Part shown: positions 62,465 to 64,000 of the stretch, in pieces
Position numbering within the stretch: the first letter of the stretch is position 1
How the letters are laid out: each line of letters begins with the position of its first letter
Assembly (NCBI GenBank): GCA_963674945.2
Contig: CAXXWQ010000004.1
Coordinates: 960,001-1,024,000, forward strand
Direction: 5' to 3'
DNA length: 64,000 nucleotides
Origin: an uncultured Desulfosarcina sp.
GTDB lineage: Bacteria; Desulfobacterota; Desulfobacteria; Desulfobacterales; Desulfosarcinaceae
Program-made: the position numbers and the translations under genes
Notes under the pieces: model-generated
Database searches by the model: none
Seen by the model: the letters and a program-made list of their open reading frames with translations, nothing else
Told to the model about the DNA's origin: nothing

Positions 62465-63269
62465 GATCGTTCTCCTTGACGACAAACACCGACGTGTTAT
62501 TGACCGGCGGCGTTGGCCGGATGCGCCGGTATTCCTTTAGGGGAGGGACAAGCCCACCGACATGATCCATATCGAAAAGTCGCCGCAATCCTTTTTCATA
62601 GATGCGGTAAGAAAGCTTCATCCCACCGGGCAGGCGCCCGGCCAGGTGGGTGAAAATTTCCTCCTTGGGAACGGCGTCGGCCCCCACCATGATCAGGCTG
62701 CACGGCGAAGACAGCGGCAGCAGGAAATGATCGCCCAAGACGACTTCGATGTTTCCACCAAGTCCCAACGCGTCCAACACCCGGCGCGATAGGTCGGCAT
62801 TGATGGGTTCCTTTTCAATCCCGACGCCCCGGATGCCGCATTGCTTGACCAGGGCGATCAGGCTCAGGGGCAACGGTCCGCTGCCCAGAAACACCACCCT
62901 GTCATCGGGTTTCAGATCTGCGCCTTTCGATTCCATTTCCGCCAGTTGCAGGTAGTTCGGGTAGTAGATGAATCCACTGAGTATTTTCCAGGGGGCGTCG
63001 CCGTCGATAATGGCCATGGCCCGCTGTCTTTCCAGACGCAGGCCGTGGACTTTTTTGAGCCGGGCGATTTTTTCGATGGCCGGCTGCAAAGACCTGTCGG
63101 CGATCAGCGTGTCGACCCGATGGTCGTCGACATCCAGCGCTGCCAATCGATTCAGGGTTTCCACATGCGGAAGAAATACATCCTTTGCACCGTCGAGAAT
63201 CTGCTTCTCGGTCAGATCACGGCAGTCGTCATAAATCTCCAATAGTCGATGTTTGATCTCTTCCAGCAT
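62454..63269 (-). CDS. Nicotianamine synthase-like SAM-dependent protein (copy A)
   Basis: LERQRA...FIYYPNYLQLAEME, VFLGSGPLPLSL, YEKGLR, PPVNNT motifs. Confidence 0.85.
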   Translation of the reverse strand: MLEEIKHRLLEIYDDCRDLTEKQILDGAKDVFLPHVETLNRLAALDVDDHRVDTLIADRSLQPAIEKIARLKKVHGLRLERQRAMAIIDGDAPWKILSGFIYYPNYLQLAEMESKGADLKPDDRVVFLGSGPLPLSLIALVKQCGIRGVGIEKEPINADLSRRVLDALGLGGNIEVVLGDHFLLPLSSPCSLIMVGADAVPKEEIFTHLAGRLPGGMKLSYRIYEKGLRRLFDMDHVGGLVPPLKEYRRIRPTPPVNNTSVFVVKENDHGR

Positions 63270-63274
63270 GTTTC

Positions 63275-64000
63275 TTACTTTTCCAATTTGGCCGCGACAA
63301 TCGTGTTATTGACTCTTCCCACGGGATAAAACGTCTTGACGATGCGAAAGCCGTTGATTTCGTCTTCGGTTACCGGCTCATGCAGGATGGCGCGCATGCC
63401 GGTATAGGTCCGGAAGAAAACCAGGGCATCGGTTTTGCCCCTCTCCCGCAGAATAATGCGCAAATTGCGGAAAATCCGTTCCTTGGGGTCGGCCATGGCC
63501 GCGACCAGGACCATGTCCCAATCAAGCTCCCGAAGCAGGGTTTCGTCGCCGCGGACAATTTCGACTTCCTTCTCCAACCCCAGGCAGCGAATGACCTTGC
63601 TGGACCAGTCGACGGCGTCTTCTGAAATATCCAGCCCCACGGACCGGATACCTGCCAGGCGATTAAAAAGAATGAGGCTGGAAGGCACCGGGCCGCAGCC
63701 GATGAATACCAGTCGGCTGCCACTGTCAATCCGGTTGAGTTCGATCTGGTTTCGCACCAGGGCCTCGTAGCGGGGATAGAGCGAAAAAGATTTCAAGGCT
63801 TTCCATGGGGCGTTGGATGCCAGCAGCCTTTCGGCCAGGTGAACTTCATGGATACTGAAAAAGGTGTTGTAGTAGGAACGGATGTTGGGAAGGACGGACC
63901 GGATCTCGGGTTCATCCAGAATCAGCCCGGCAAGGTGCGGGCCGGCGTCCATGTGGGCCAGGTCGTCGAGAAGCAGAAAGAGTCGATACAGGTCCTCGGG
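63275..64000 (-). CDS. Nicotianamine synthase-like SAM-dependent protein (copy B, 5' end beyond the window)
   Basis: HEVHLA...FSLYPRYEAL, VFIGCGPVPSSL, VAAMA.PK, RTYTGMR, VNNT motifs; frame open to the window edge. Confidence 0.85.
   Translation of the reverse strand, partial: PEDLYRLFLLLDDLAHMDAGPHLAGLILDEPEIRSVLPNIRSYYNTFFSIHEVHLAERLLASNAPWKALKSFSLYPRYEALVRNQIELNRIDSGSRLVFIGCGPVPSSLILFNRLAGIRSVGLDISEDAVDWSSKVIRCLGLEKEVEIVRGDETLLRELDWDMVLVAAMADPKERIFRNLRIILRERGKTDALVFFRTYTGMRAILHEPVTEDEINGFRIVKTFYPVGRVNNTIVAAKLEK

Overview
A 64-kb accessory-rich chromosomal window, most likely from an anaerobic Desulfobacterales-type deltaproteobacterium (inferred from protein family style, not proven). 1-3.3 kb is the right end of a genomic island: an IS21-accessory-like Zn-finger/HTH pair, a BrnT/BrnA toxin-antitoxin pair, a double-XRE repressor, a broken tyrosine integrase and two tandem 3' halves of tRNA-Lys(CUU), each with its own terminator. 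The middle holds a PQQ-type sugar dehydrogenase, ChaN plus a broken M1 peptidase, an RND pump, SelO, an intact IS4 (9-bp TSD), a BLUF-EAL photoreceptor, an M50/CBS protease, an acyl-CoA dehydrogenase-rubredoxin fusion, sdhAB without membrane anchors, wrbA, a DHOD-like protein, a photolyase remnant, a dead IS1380 and a CheR/CheB/hybrid-kinase module. Further on, a sigma54-driven membrane protein/Tat-MBL/CobW operon has a ~670-nt structured leader, and a 2.46-kb IS (5-bp TSD) splits a CFI-box surface protein. The right end carries the most interesting candidate system: two tandem nicotianamine-synthase-like genes coupled to a PLP fold-III (D-amino-acid) enzyme, next to a TonB receptor remnant, an attenuator-like leader, a FecBCD-type ABC transporter, FmdE and a flavin reductase. 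This looks like an uncharacterised metallophore synthesis/uptake locus. Several genes (ppc, draG-like, DAK2-DegV, TonB receptor) show a recurring pattern of large internal deletions. All calls come from reading the sequence by eye; no database searches were run.
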